A model generated the notes under the pieces. That model saw only the letters and a program-made list of their open reading frames with translations, ran no database searches and had not been told where the DNA came from. A program made the position numbers and the translations under genes. A stretch of DNA of 63,772 nucleotides, counting the filler, from Licmophora abbreviata (lineage: Eukaryota): assembly GCA_900291995.1 (NCBI GenBank). It is 13 parts of 13 records of this genome, joined end to end, with 100 filler letters (N's around TTAATTAATTAA, not from the genome) between each part and the next. Parts side by side here need not be neighbours in the genome. Positions count along the whole stretch, not along the records: positions 4,705 to 15,680 come from OLMU01002602.1; positions 15,781 to 18,889 come from OLMU01002604.1; positions 18,990 to 23,326 come from OLMU01002605.1; positions 23,427 to 31,598 come from OLMU01002606.1; 9 more parts are not named here. One strand, written 5' to 3'. How positions within the stretch are numbered: the first letter of the stretch is position 1; each line of letters begins with the position of its first letter. Below are positions 11,638 to 23,569 of this stretch, one piece after another.

Positions 11638-12940
11638 ATGAGGTTTCTCGCAGCCCTGTTTCTTCTCTCCTGCTGTATAAGTTTGGTGGAATCTGCGGCG
11701 AAGAAGAAGAAAAAGCAGTACGACACGTCAAAATACGCCAATCTCTGCAGTGGCCAATCCCCAGTGTCGACGCGTCGACAGCATGCCATTTTGCAGGAAC
11801 TGCTGCAGGACTCCGGCGATCGTTCTATCACCATGCCAGAGTCTGCACAGCACAAGGCAGCATGCTGGCTTCTCTACCAAGATAAAGCAGGTAGCAAACC
11901 GGGAAGCAAGCGACTCTCGCAAAGATATGCCCTCGCCACCTTCTTCTACAATACGCAAGGAGCCAAGTGGAACGAATCCAAAGACTGGATGTCCAAAAAG
12001 CACGAGTGCTCTTGGTATGGTATTGTGTGCAACTTCCGAAACACCATTGTTGGACTTGATCTAGGCTTCAATAAGGTGGACGGACTCCTACCGCGCGAGC
12101 TCGCTCTCTTGACGGACCTCATTGAGATTGATCTGCATGGAAACGACCTCCATGGTGTACTGCCTTACCGATGTTTGGAAGGATGGAAGAAGCTACAAAT
12201 TTTGAGGCTCCACATGAATGGATTCTTCGGCGCCATTCCCGACGAAATTAAGAACCTGAAGAACTTGCGTGAGTAAAAGGCTGTTGTGTCTAAGCACTGA
12301 CGACTTGTCATGTCTCATTTTGTAGCATGAAGGGCCTCACATTTGCATTGTATGATTTCGACAATTCCAAAGGCGAGCTGTATGTCTTCGGAAACTATTT
12401 TCAAGGAAAGATCCCATCTGTTCTAAGCGAGCTGCCCAATCTTGGTGAGCGAAGCCGCCCGTGCAGAAGCTGTGCACTCTTCGTCTGGGAATGAGACGCT
12501 CACATTCGTTGTCGTTGCGTTTGTATTTTTTTCTCTCGTCATTACAGAGAAACTAGACATATATGCTAACAACTTTGAAGGCAGAATCCCATCGCAACTT
12601 GGAGAACTAAAGAAGCTTCGTAAGTTGTCCTTTCGTATACGCACGGGGAATACTCCAGCACCTGCAAGTCAATTCACTTTCAACCGTTCCATTGTCATTG
12701 CCCTTCGTCTTATCAGGAGAGCTCGATGTTCATGACAACGATCTGACAGGATCCATGCCACGTGAAATATGCGAGAGACGTCTAGCGGTACTTTCGGCAG
12801 ACTGTTTGGGTCGCACGCCGGAAGTCCGATGCGACTGTTGCACTGTGTGTTGTGCGGGCTTGCCGCACATGAAGTGCGTTGACGCTAGGACTGGACAAGA
12901 GATTCGATTGGACATGGAGAAGCGCAGAACGAGACAGTAG
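11638..12940 (+). CDS. Secreted leucine-rich-repeat protein (plant-type LRR), 4 exons
   Basis: Signal peptide, QRYALATFF, ECSWYGIVC, LxxNxxxGxIP repeats, C-terminal CDCCTVC. Introns 12269-12372, 12445-12547, 12620-12716. Confidence 0.85.
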
Positions 12941-12980
12941 AGGTCTTACTGAGCAGGAGTGCTGACTAACTTAAAAGTAG

Positions 12981-15102
12981 CTATTTGCGAGACTTCTTCT
13001 GCTTCTTCATCGATCCGCCCGTATTCGTGTAGTCGCCTTCAATGTGCTTGCGCTCCTTCTTGAGTCGCTCGACCTTTTGCTTCAGAGGTGTCTTCCCGTC
13101 GGAAGTCTTCCCCTTGGGATTCTCGATCTCCTGGCGGCGCCTCTGCAAAGCCTCCACCTTGGCCTGTTTTGAGGCTAGGCCGTGCTTCATACGGCCGTAG
13201 AGACGTGATGCCTTCTTGTTCATCATAACCTTGGCGAGATCCTGGGCCTCTTTGTCCTCCTTCTCTGTTTTCTTTTCTAGGCCTTCGGCGTCCTGTTCCA
13301 CGTCGTCTTCCTCCTCGTCTTCGCTTTCAACCTGTTCATCGGCGTCGACACCACCAAGGCCGTGTTCGCTTGCCGTGACACCATGGCTGCCGGACTGCTT
13401 AGCGTCAAAATCAACCACTTCACCATTAGTGAGACGTTCAATCTCTTCCGCATACGCGGGCTTGTAGCCTTCCTCTTCATCATCCACCCATGGAGAAAGG
13501 TGGGGCGGCAACTCAGCACCAACGACGTACTTGCTTACAGGCAGTACGAATGTGAAGTTAGAGCAATCAAGGATCCACTGTGGCTGGACAAACTCGCGAG
13601 ACTTGGGCAAAGTATCGTAACTGCTAGGCAGCTTAGGTCGGTCCACAATGTGATGTGTGATGGTCGGATCCGATGCTGCGACCGGACTGCTAGGGCCTTC
13701 CCAACCGACTTGACCACCAAAGGCGAGGCACACGAGCTCTAGGTATCCTCGAGGAACTTCCCGAGATAAGAAGAATGTATGCCCAGAGAAAAGGCGTCGT
13801 CGCTTGATGGCGTCATCATCCAAAGAAAATGCCGAGCCCCCGGATCCGCGTACAGCCGATCGCTCCTCCTGCTCAGTGAGGCTATCGAGCGCAGCCTTGA
13901 GAGGTCCAACGACATCAACACCATCCGCATCCACTCCATCGTCTTCTTCAGCTTCACTCTCATCATCGGACAAACTTTTCAAGGCGCTTTCAACCTTCTT
14001 GTTCAGTTGTCTGCTGTTTTCGTTAGAAAGTTTGCTAGTCCGGCTCTCTGCTGCACTACTCTTCTCGATTGTTTGGGAGACAATAGAACTGACGGCGCCG
14101 TTAGGCGAGTTCATGGCATGGGTCAACGAGCGTAGATTGTACGCAAGCACTGAGCTAGTGCTTCCACTGGCCTCACCCTCAAGATCGGCAACCGCCAATG
14201 GGTAACGAACACCCAAGTCGTTGTAGAGCTTGAACAAAACGAAGTTAAGAAGCGTCTCGTAAAACTCAAAGAACGTCAACATGACTTTGTAGTCGACGTC
14301 GTCTGGCATCATCTGAGTGAAGGAATGAGGAATGATCCATCGAATGCTACACCCTCGAACAGAAGCTTCCATGTACACTCCTTTCACGGAGATAAATCCT
14401 TTAGTGATGGATGATGTGGTCGCGCAGTAGGCGCCCCATGCCGCCGCGAGCGACTTTGCGGTGGTTGTTACTTTGGACTTGATATCGCCCTCGCTTGGGA
14501 GAGCGGCAAAAAGGTATACCAGCGTCAAAGCATCGTCGATATCAGACAGTGCATCTGAGAATCGAGGATACCTTTCCCTTACAAGATGATGCAGAGTATA
14601 CGTCGGAGCCAACGCATTCTTCCGTGCGGCTTCGTCTTTTTCGTTTCTTCCTGCGGCCCGCCGAACCTTTCGACGAGACAAGATCGAGCGGAGTTAGGGA
14701 AGGTCCAGAACCAGACTGCAAGGATTCACCAAGTAGCTAAGACCATCGTACCTTCTTCATAAAAGCTCGAAACTCTCTGAATTTGTCAAGAACTGGTTCG
14801 TGGGCAATCGCTCGCATATCCTTTACGTGGTAGTAAACCTGCCCTTTTTTGTTGCCTGGTGCGCGACCTCGCGGCTCACGAGGGTAGATTCCCTTGAGAA
14901 TACAGAGGCGACGAAAGTCCTTGAGACTAATCTGCAAGCGCCTCAAGCACGCTGCTCGTCCTATGAATGTAGCATCTAATCCGGAATGATCCTTTCTCCG
15001 GTTCTTTCCCATACGAGAAAGCTTTCGCTTGGAACCCATACCGCTATGTGATGCCGCCTTGATGGACTTGCGCTTCGCTTTTCCCCTCACGCGATTCCCC
15101 AT
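12981..15102 (-). CDS. PES1: Pescadillo/Nop7 ribosome biogenesis protein, 2 exons
   Basis: LQISLKDFRRLCILKGIYPREP, LVRERYPRFSDALSDIDDAL, BRCT, LPPHLSP. Intron 14667-14751. Confidence 0.95.
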
Positions 15103-15557
15103 GGCTCGGTATCGTATATCTGAGAGACTGGTGGAAAAGAGATTGCAACGTTTTGGCCTGTCGAAAGCCTACACAAGGACAATCGCGGTTGAAGAGTGTG
15201 GACTTTCAACTTGCGACTAGAACAGAAAGTGAGGAGCTCCGGGAACTTTTACATTTGAAATATTGGATGGTGCTCCATATCCAGGTCATGAGCCAACGGC
15301 TTTTCTTCTGCACGCAGACAATGGGCATGTCAAATGGATGAGAACCGTCGGGCACCTGATGTTGAGGATCTATTCGCTTACACAATAGCTACACGTGGCG
15401 CGAAGAGAAAGATACGCGGTGTCAACCACGACCGCTCGTCGTGAGAGATCTTTGATGTGGCTGCTGTTCAACGTCCCATCCTTGACACATGGCTAAGGCC
15501 CGTACTTGTGTTCTATCCCTCGCTACTGTCGTTTAAGCTTTCATCGCATTTGATAAC

Positions 15558-15680
15558 ATGAAAAGATCCGCATCTTGTATCGTCGTGCTCTTCAGCATCA
15601 TCCTGAGCGCTGTCTCTGCGTTTGCACCGCCATCTCACAAGGCATTCGTGTCGAACCCAGCGAGCACGGTGGGATTTGCT
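15558..15680 (+). CDS. N-terminal fragment of a plastid-targeted protein, truncated by gap
   Basis: MKRSASCIVVLFSIILSAVSA-FAPPSHKAF, a signal peptide plus ASAFAP-type motif. Too short for the ORF track. Confidence 0.7.
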
Positions 15681-15946
15681 NNNNNNNNNNNNNNNNNNNN
15701 NNNNNNNNNNNNNNNNNNNNNNNNTTAATTAATTAANNNNNNNNNNNNNNNNNNNNNNNNNNNNNNNNNNNNNNNNNNNNAGTACCCGGTGTTTCGGCGT
15801 GTACAACGACTCTCCAACTGTCAGGGCACAACTTTCCATATCAGTCTCCCATTCATCATACGAATGTCGAGTCGGATCAATATGACAACGGCGGATCTGA
15901 TGATGTCATTGGTTTGGTTGTGCGACGCAAATTGATTGCTAGATCA

Positions 15947-15983
15947 AGGGCTAGGGCTAGGGCTAGGGCTAAGGTTAGGGTTA
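15947..15983 (+). repeat. Short telomere-like (CTAGGG/TTAGGG) hexamer run
   Basis: agggctagggctagggctagggctaaggttagggtta. Confidence 0.7.
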
Positions 15984-16245
15984 CTGCTTCCGAATTTTGA
16001 GAGCGTGCGAGTTTACTTCTAGGGTCGTCGCGCGCGGCTTGAATTCAACTCAAAAGGCGCGCTGCAACATCGAGGTAGGTCTACTCTCGCGTCGTATCGT
16101 AGCAGCATCATCATCTCTGTAACATCAAGTATCATCGCAGACATCACTTTACAGTACATCAATGCATCCATGTATCGTAGCTTTGACTGCTAGCAACCAT
16201 GGGCGCTGCTGTGCTTCAGCGATTTTTCTGCGTTGAAAGAAGAGG

Positions 16246-18066
16246 ATGGCAGAGGATCCTCGTCGTTCGCGAGAAATACAGTCGATGGCTACACGTGACG
16301 AATGCAATTTAATCGTAATGACCGAAGCCGGGAAGCCTGTGTTCAGTCGGTACGGAAAGGAGGACGACCTCATGAGAATATGCGCGTTAGTGCAGGCGAT
16401 GCGTACTTCCTTGAGTGGCTCGTTGATGGGCCTGGGCGAAATTCAGTCTCTTCGCTCGCGCTCTTTGTTGCTCGTTTTCAGCACGGTTGGGTCCCTTACA
16501 CTTCTTGCCTGTACCCGCATCGGAGAATACGGAGAAGTCGAGACCCAAGCTTATTTGCAGCTCCAGCTAGAGTACGCATACAGTCAGATTGTTTTTGTCC
16601 TCACAGATCAGTTCCAGTCAGCTCTGCAGATGAATCCAAGCATCGACCTGCGCGGATCCTTGGGCGCCGCCGAGAACTCACTCAAAGACTTGCTGCTGGA
16701 CGCTAGCCCAACGGGAAACGGTGCTTCCTTTCTTGCCAATGCGGTTGATTCGGTATTTCCCATCGCACCGGATGTGCGTGAGCATGCGTCTCTAGTTTTG
16801 TCTGCAGTAAAGGATCGTGCCAAAGACACTGTCTTTGCACTGCTTCTATCCGACAAGCGACTGCTCTCCGTTGTTCAGCCCGGGTACGGACCCCACCAGC
16901 TTCGCACCTCCGATCTTCATTTGCTGATTCACAACGTCGATTATCAAAATGGTCTAGAATCGAGTGAGCTATGGTTTCCTGTGTGTCTACCGCGTTTTCA
17001 CTCCGGTGCATTTCTATATTCATACACAAACTGCCTAGATTCCGAGACGAGGCTTACCCTCGTGTTGGTCAGTCAGTTGAATACCACCGAGCAGTTTCAG
17101 ATGTTTCGGAGCGTTGCAGTTGACGTCCGGCGCGGCTTGGGATTACCAGCGGTCAAGAACTCGGTTATTCGTGTCATGTCATCGATCGAAGACGTCGAGC
17201 AGTCTACAACGCAATCGAAAGGCAATGGCTCCGACGTTCCATGGGAACGCAGCAACGACGGCGACGAAGCAAACAGTGACGACGACTCGTCGTATGTGAA
17301 TGTAGATACAGCGCTGGAGATTGAATCTCTTATGGCCAAAATGTCGTTGACGGGAGACACCATGCTGTCGCGGGCCAGCTCAAGCGCCACTTCAGAGTCT
17401 ATCTTACTGCTTGAATTGCAGAGAGCAATGGACAGCGATGTTGCAGCCGCTGTTCTTGACAGGTACTGTGAAATAGCTCGCGCTTTTCATTTTTTATTTC
17501 GATTAGATGTACGGCTGAAGAAAGGGCAGTCACGACGTAATGATCCTGTCGGCACGGTGACACAGAGCATAAGCAGCAATCTTCTTGGAGTATCGAATGC
17601 AGATACCACTTCAATGCGTCGGATTTGGTCAATCTACCAGAAACTACAGCTACGGCTTCGTTTGGGCTCCGCGGCGGCAGAGTCAATCAGCAATGCCTGC
17701 GACAATATTCGCCGAAATGTGCAGAGCAATCGCGAAAGTTTCGTTTGCCCTACGACTCAGCTGAGCGAAGCGCCTCCTCACGTGCAGGGTATTGCGTATG
17801 TCCTCGATGGACCTGAACTATTCTTTGGGATGAGCGGGAGAGACTTTGAAATGTAAGTCATCACGGTCAGCTCGCTCGAACTCATATGTGGTCACTAATA
17901 TCGATTGGGAACTTTATCGCTCGTCTTACGGTGATTCAGATACATGGTTGTGAACGGGGCAGTGCCAATCAAGGACGCCGCTACATCGGGAGCCCGCTTG
18001 GTTCGAGCCCTACTAGAAGATGAACAGAGTCTCTTCCTTTGGTCACCGATAACTTGGAAAGAGTGA
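16246..18066 (+). CDS. MON1: Vacuolar fusion protein Mon1/SAND (Rab7 GEF subunit), 2 exons
   Basis: MTEAGKPVFSRYG, DLHLLIH, WFPVCLPRFHSGAFLYSY. Intron 17853-17939 gives C-terminus ...LFLWSPITWKE*. Confidence 0.9.
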
Positions 18067-18111
18067 CTCGTACTAAATAACGCGCTGTAGCACGCATTTC
18101 TTATTTTAGTC

Positions 18112-18297
18112 AGCCAGCCAAGTTAGACTGGGAAGGTGCCCTCCAATCGAAATCGCTGTCCTCGCTGGGACAGTGACATGCTGTCATTCCGAGCGTTCGA
18201 ACTGAGTTAGCCAGCCAAGTCAGACTGGAAAGGTACCCTCCGATCGCAATCGCTATCCTCACTGGCATAATGACATGCCGTCGTTCCGAGCGTTCGA
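18112..18297. repeat. Diverged tandem duplication (2 x 89 nt, period 97)
   Basis: 18112-18200 vs 18209-18297, 12 mismatches by manual alignment. Confidence 0.9.
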
Positions 18298-21234
18298 GCT
18301 CGCGCTTGCAATATTCCAGAACCACCGTCGGAAACTCGCATCCGTGGAGGCATCATAGAATCGGAACTTGTTGCGCAATGAAGCCAGTTCACTTGGAGTC
18401 AAAGTGGCGAGAGCAGGGAAGTGCGCCATCTGTTGCTCCGGGGGATCGGCGTGTGAAGGAGCTAAACGTGTCGTGAAGCGACGGCTCATAGAATCGGCTT
18501 CAGAGAGGACGTGGAGCTCTGGCATTGGAAAACGAGTCGACGAACGTTCCTGTAGGAACGCCTTGCACTGTTCACGAATATTGTCGTTCTCTGGGCCTTG
18601 CATATCCCGCCCGGAGTATATGAAGAGAGAGTCGTGGTGATCGGCAGCGAGTATGCAATTATCCCAGAGCGCCAAAGTGTCGCTTGGCACAGGTTCAAAG
18701 TGAAGGACTAGGTCGCGTTCATTTGTCGTGCGATCGGCTCGCCATAGGGACGGGGCCATCATACAAAGACAATCATCCAAGGGAAGTCGAAGGAACAACG
18801 AGCGCATTAAGGCGCGATCATCCGCAGACTTGAGAGGCCCCGGACAGAGTAGGGAGCCCCTTCGCAAATGAAAAAGTCGGTGAAGAGCGNNNNNNNNNNN
18901 NNNNNNNNNNNNNNNNNNNNNNNNNNNNNNNNNTTAATTAATTAANNNNNNNNNNNNNNNNNNNNNNNNNNNNNNNNNNNNNNNNNNNNGGAAAGCAAAA
19001 TCAAGCGACGATGGAGAAGCACCCACGCCGGCAATTTCCGAGAGTGATCTATCGCTGAAAATGGCAGTAGAAACAAGTTGAACGTATATAGAGGGAGACG
19101 ACACACACGTACACGCATACAACTCTCTCATACCTCCGAGTCGTTCCCTCTTCTAGAATCAGGAGCCGAAACGCGCCAGAGATCATGTGCACTGTAGCGT
19201 CTAAGTCCCGCTGTGCCTCATGTGCGAGAAGCTCCAGTCGATCTGTGTCGGCAGCTGCAGCTTCGATCCCTTCGGGCTCCTCTCGACCGACGATAGAGCG
19301 GAACACCGCTTCCTTTCCGAGTAGCACTGGCACAGCTTCCTCGTCAGTGCCGTCGAGGTAGTCGTGTACACTCAACGCGACAGGAAGCCTATGCGTAAAT
19401 ACCCGAGTGACAAGAGTCTTACCATCGCTCTCAACAAAGCGAACTGTGCATTGGAAAAAGGCATAACGATCATCTGGCTGGATTTCTTCATTGACTTGCA
19501 GCATGACGGAGACGGTCGACAAAGGATCAAAGCGGCCGAGGCGCAGCCTTGTCAGAGAGGCCGCAAGCGTCTCTTGGGACGGAAGGCTGTTTGTAGGGAG
19601 TCCATGACTGGCAGCGAGCGACGATGAGACGGCGAAGGAGGATCGTTCGCTAGGAAGCAAACTCTGCAAGTCGTCATAGAGGACTTCTCCGCTGCCAAGA
19701 ACATGGGTTGGCGTGACAAAGCTGTGGCGTGCATGACGTTAGCGAGAATCACATTCAGTAACAATAGTTGTTTCACTTTCTCCGAGGGCACGTACCTCGA
19801 CATGCGCAAATCGACAAGACAGCCATCTAGTTCGTAAGACAAGGGGTGTGATGCTTCGAGCCCTTCGCTCTCCTCGTGCATACGACTACTCGATACGTGC
19901 GTCTGAGACACCACAAAGCCCATGTTCCTTTCAAATTGTTCCGATGCAAATGAGTCAAATGGCAGAGCATATCCTCCACTGGGGTCAGCCAACGCTTGGT
20001 AGGTCGGCATTCCGAGCGTCTCGGCTCCTGTACAGAACACGTCCATCGCAATTCCACTGTCGAGCGCGTCTTTCGCCATCAATTCAAAGTACTGCATGGC
20101 ATTCGCAAGTCGAACTGGGTCGACGACATTAGGTGTAGCACGTGCTTTGCTGGTTTCGGTCGCCTGGGTCTCGTCGCGTCGTACGATGCTTCCATCCCCA
20201 ACGTTGGGGCATCCGTTGGTAAACAGAAGAATCCGCGCAGACCTCGGCGGCACAATGGAGCCGAACGCAATGAGATCCATCGCCGACTGGATAGCTTCCC
20301 CAGTACATCGAGGTGCCGGGAATGATTCGTTTTGCTTAGTAGCTATCAAAGGGGACTCAAGGACCGGTGTTGAAGATCCCACTGCCGCACCAGAAGCCTG
20401 TCTTTTCAACCTGGCTACTTTTCGGCGACGCAGTTGCTCTTTTCTGGAAAGAGCACCAGGTTCGGACGATGCACCGGTAGTGGTTCCCACACGCACCCCA
20501 TATACTGCCGACATGCACAACCACAGTGTAGCTAGCTCCTGGTCCTCGCGCACATCTGCGAAATAGGACCGATCCATCATGTGAGTACGTCGATGGACGA
20601 CCTGCTCGTCACTCTCCTCTCCGTGAATAATGTCAGCCGAAGCCATGCCTATCCGTCCCAACTGGTAGAGCGATACTATTTGATCAAACACGAGAAGGCC
20701 AAGTCGTACTGTTGTTCCCCTGGCAGCTTCCTCCCGTAGTAGCTTCTCTGTCACTCTGGCGACTGACTGCGCATCAGGCAGTCCCAAGTTTCCATCCATG
20801 ACTAGCACATAGTATCGCACATCATTAAGAGTGGCCGCGTCGGGTCCGACGCGCTGCCTATATTCGACAATCGGCGACACCAATACAGAAGCTAACAACG
20901 ATTGATCTGCAGTGGGTGCATCGAAGATTTGCTTGGGTGCCACGTTGAGTGACCCGCAGAGCGGACACGTCCACTGCCCCGTGGTAGCCTCGAATTCGGC
21001 GTACAAGTTGAGGTACGAAAGACATGTCAGACAAAGTACAGGGGGCAGCGATTCTCCTTGCTCTTCTGTAGAGACGGTAATTGACGCGTCTGTTGGGGAT
21101 AGCGGCGTCCAAACAAAGCCAAAAGGAAGCTCGCAGCTGTGCTTGAGGCCTGGCCCGTGGGGACATTTTGTAGAAGTAAAGACCGGACCATCTCCTGCTC
21201 GCCGGCGGTATGCTGGGTCCCCCGACGCTTCCAT
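18259..21234 (-). CDS. Sec23/Sec24-family protein (zinc finger, vWA trunk, beta-sandwich, gelsolin), spans gap
   Basis: CLTC..YLNLY..WTCPLCG, RCTGEAI, RILLFTNGCPNVG, SMSRRFTTRLAPSHADP. Introns 19722-19795 and 19055-19133. Confidence 0.85.
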
Positions 21235-21578
21235 CCGTAAGGAGTTCTTGCTAATGATAACCGGTGCGAAGAAAGCGTGCCGTGGAAAGCACCACCTTTA
21301 TGTGGACTGTAGTCTACTCTATTCGATTCGAGTGTTTGTGGTCACCCACCCGGCACCCACCGCTGCTGTACCCCAAACACCTCATCGCGCTCTTGGCGGC
21401 AAATCATCAACTCCCCAGGGTCTACTCTCTCCTTCAAGCAAATTCACAATAAACGTACAGAGCACTAGAACGCTGGAGTTGTCTTTGGCTAGTAGATGCC
21501 CTTGTCCCGATTATTATGCACTCTGATGCTGAGCGTACTCATCTGTTTCCAAAGACGTCTAGCAGACAATGCTACCTT

Positions 21579-23192
21579 CTAATCGTCTTCCATCGCAGCG
21601 CGTTCCTTCTTTGTTTTCTGTTTCCTCGCTTCATTCAACACGTTGTTCAAGTTCTGCGACAGAGTCGCACTCCTAACATTCAAGTCGCGCGTACGCTCCA
21701 TCACCTGCTGGTAAATACTAATGGCATCCCCTCCCATGACAACACATCCCTCTTCCGAGTCAATCTTGGCATCCAAGTCAGCGTTTCGAATCAAATCTAC
21801 AATCCAACGTTCCGCTTGCTCCTGGTTCATCGCGAGCTTCTCGCCGAGCGCATTCAAGTCGATCTTGTTGTGAATACGACAGTAGTTCTCAAAGACAAAC
21901 ACGCGCGCCTCCTCCATGAAACGATCTGTCTGCCTGCACAAGAAAAAGTCTGTCGCCAAGACGCTTTCACACTCTGCCAGTTTGGTCTGCGCAGAGTCAA
22001 AGTCGAATTTCACACAGAGGCAATTGACGAATTCAACAATGGGGTCCGTATGTTCGCAGTCTTGCATGACGTTGATAAGATTCTTCATGAGACGACGTGC
22101 TTCGGGAGAGTTGGACCCGGATACCACCTTCTTTGTGACCCGGCGCTTGCACAAGAGAACGGCTGCCGTCAAGTATCGCAGTAAGTGTGGAGCGTTGGTA
22201 GTGATGGCTTGCTTGTACCGCTCGGAATGAAACAGTTCGACCATATTCTCTAGACCGCCTTTGGCAGAGTCGTTCCAGTAGACAAAGAGTGACCAATGCA
22301 GCAGCCAAGTGCGTTGTTCGAGTGCCTGTAGGGGAGTCAGCTCGTTGGACGCCACCAAGGACTCCATGGCCGTTTTGACGGCTTCCACGGCAACGCTGGC
22401 AGCTTCCCAATTTTCGACCAGAATCTCACACGCTAGCTTGCCCCATAGCACATTCAGCATTTCAGTTGACACAGACGTGAGGTAGTACATGGCAGGATTC
22501 CCGACATTGTCAGAGGAAGAATCGGCCGCCGATGGTTTGGAGCCGGTACCGATTGTGAGTTCGTCCTCATCTTCCTGCGCCGATGGAGCGGGCGGCGACG
22601 AGAAGAGTGAAATATAATTCCCCAGCATATCACGGGCCGACTTATAGTCTCCGCAGTCAAACTTGTACTTGGCCAGCTGTCGATAGGTTTCGACTGCCTC
22701 GGGCGTCACATTGAGCTCTGGGATCTGCGACAACGCAGCGATGGACCATTGGCTATTGGCCACCAACTTCATCTGCAGAATTGACAAGACAGGGCGGTCC
22801 ATGAGAGACATTCTGACTGCGTGAATACTGAATCTTAGTACAATACTTACTCTTTCAGTTTCGTTTTGGCAAAGTTCGTCGAGGCATTTGCTGCCCTCTT
22901 TGAGTTCCTCGAGTCGTTGGTATACTATCGTCTTTTGTCCTAGCAATTCTGCAGGAATCTCGGCATTATCGCCGTGCAGACTCTTGTAAATGTCAATGGC
23001 GTAGTCAACCATGTGTGTAGGACGCAAGAGCGCAAGACGGGCAGCGGCGACGTCCTTGGACGAGTAGGAAACGGCGCCAGAGCCAATCAATGTGTCGAGG
23101 TACTCCAGCAGAGGGAAGACCATGTGACGATCCAAGTAAGGAGAGACTTTATTCGTTAAATCCCATTGCTCTGCGCCAGATTCGTTCGACAT
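21579..23192 (-). CDS. EIF3E: Translation initiation factor 3 subunit E, 2 exons
   Basis: DLT..VSPYLDRHMVFPLLEYL, WGKLACEIL, QRTWLLHWSLF, FENYCRIH. In-frame intron 22773-22850. Confidence 0.95.
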   Translation of the reverse strand: MSNESGAEQWDLTNKVSPYLDRHMVFPLLEYLDTLIGSGAVSYSSKDVAAARLALLRPTHMVDYAIDIYKSLHGDNAEIPAELLGQKTIVYQRLEELKEGSKCLDELCQNETERVSIVLRFSIHAVRMSLMDRPVLSILQMKLVANSQWSIAALSQIPELNVTPEAVETYRQLAKYKFDCGDYKSARDMLGNYISLFSSPPAPSAQEDEDELTIGTGSKPSAADSSSDNVGNPAMYYLTSVSTEMLNVLWGKLACEILVENWEAASVAVEAVKTAMESLVASNELTPLQALEQRTWLLHWSLFVYWNDSAKGGLENMVELFHSERYKQAITTNAPHLLRYLTAAVLLCKRRVTKKVVSGSNSPEARRLMKNLINVMQDCEHTDPIVEFVNCLCVKFDFDSAQTKLAECESVLATDFFLCRQTDRFMEEARVFVFENYCRIHNKIDLNALGEKLAMNQEQAERWIVDLIRNADLDAKIDSEEGCVVMGGDAISIYQQVMERTRDLNVRSATLSQNLNNVLNEARKQKTKKERAAMEDD

Positions 23193-23569
23193 GGTGACAG
23201 GGGAGTGATGGGAGGTAACGAAGATGGGAACAGAGACAATGTTGGTGACAGTCGGCACCAAAACGACAACGCCAATATCAGCGGACCCTGCTTGTGTATT
23301 ATGTTTCATGGTTGGCCAGTTTGTTGNNNNNNNNNNNNNNNNNNNNNNNNNNNNNNNNNNNNNNNNNNNNTTAATTAATTAANNNNNNNNNNNNNNNNNN
23401 NNNNNNNNNNNNNNNNNNNNNNNNNNTGTACTGAGATGCACGTTGGTTGGCTGTCAGTCCCCGGTAAATAAGAGGAATCGGGAGTTCGTTTTGTTTTTGC
23501 ATTCATGATGTGACTGTCGCATCCAATGCGGTGCGCCTCGCGTCTCACTTTGCGACAGTCTCTGTTCCA

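Noticed and set aside
18215..18265. Box C/D snoRNA (GTGAGGA...CTGA on minus strand)
   Set aside because: Only ~45 nt, imperfect C box overlapping a stop codon, boxes lost in the second copy.
18253..18267. Sec23-like C-terminus TGC CAG TGA GGA TAG read as a Cys-x-Sec-Gly selenoprotein tail
   Set aside because: The downstream ATGA lacks the apical AA spacing of a SECIS, and Sec23 proteins are not known selenoproteins.
23193..23309. N-terminal extension of eIF3e in the ORF track
   Set aside because: Homology begins at MSNESGAEQWDLT (23192); the extension is probably 5' UTR.
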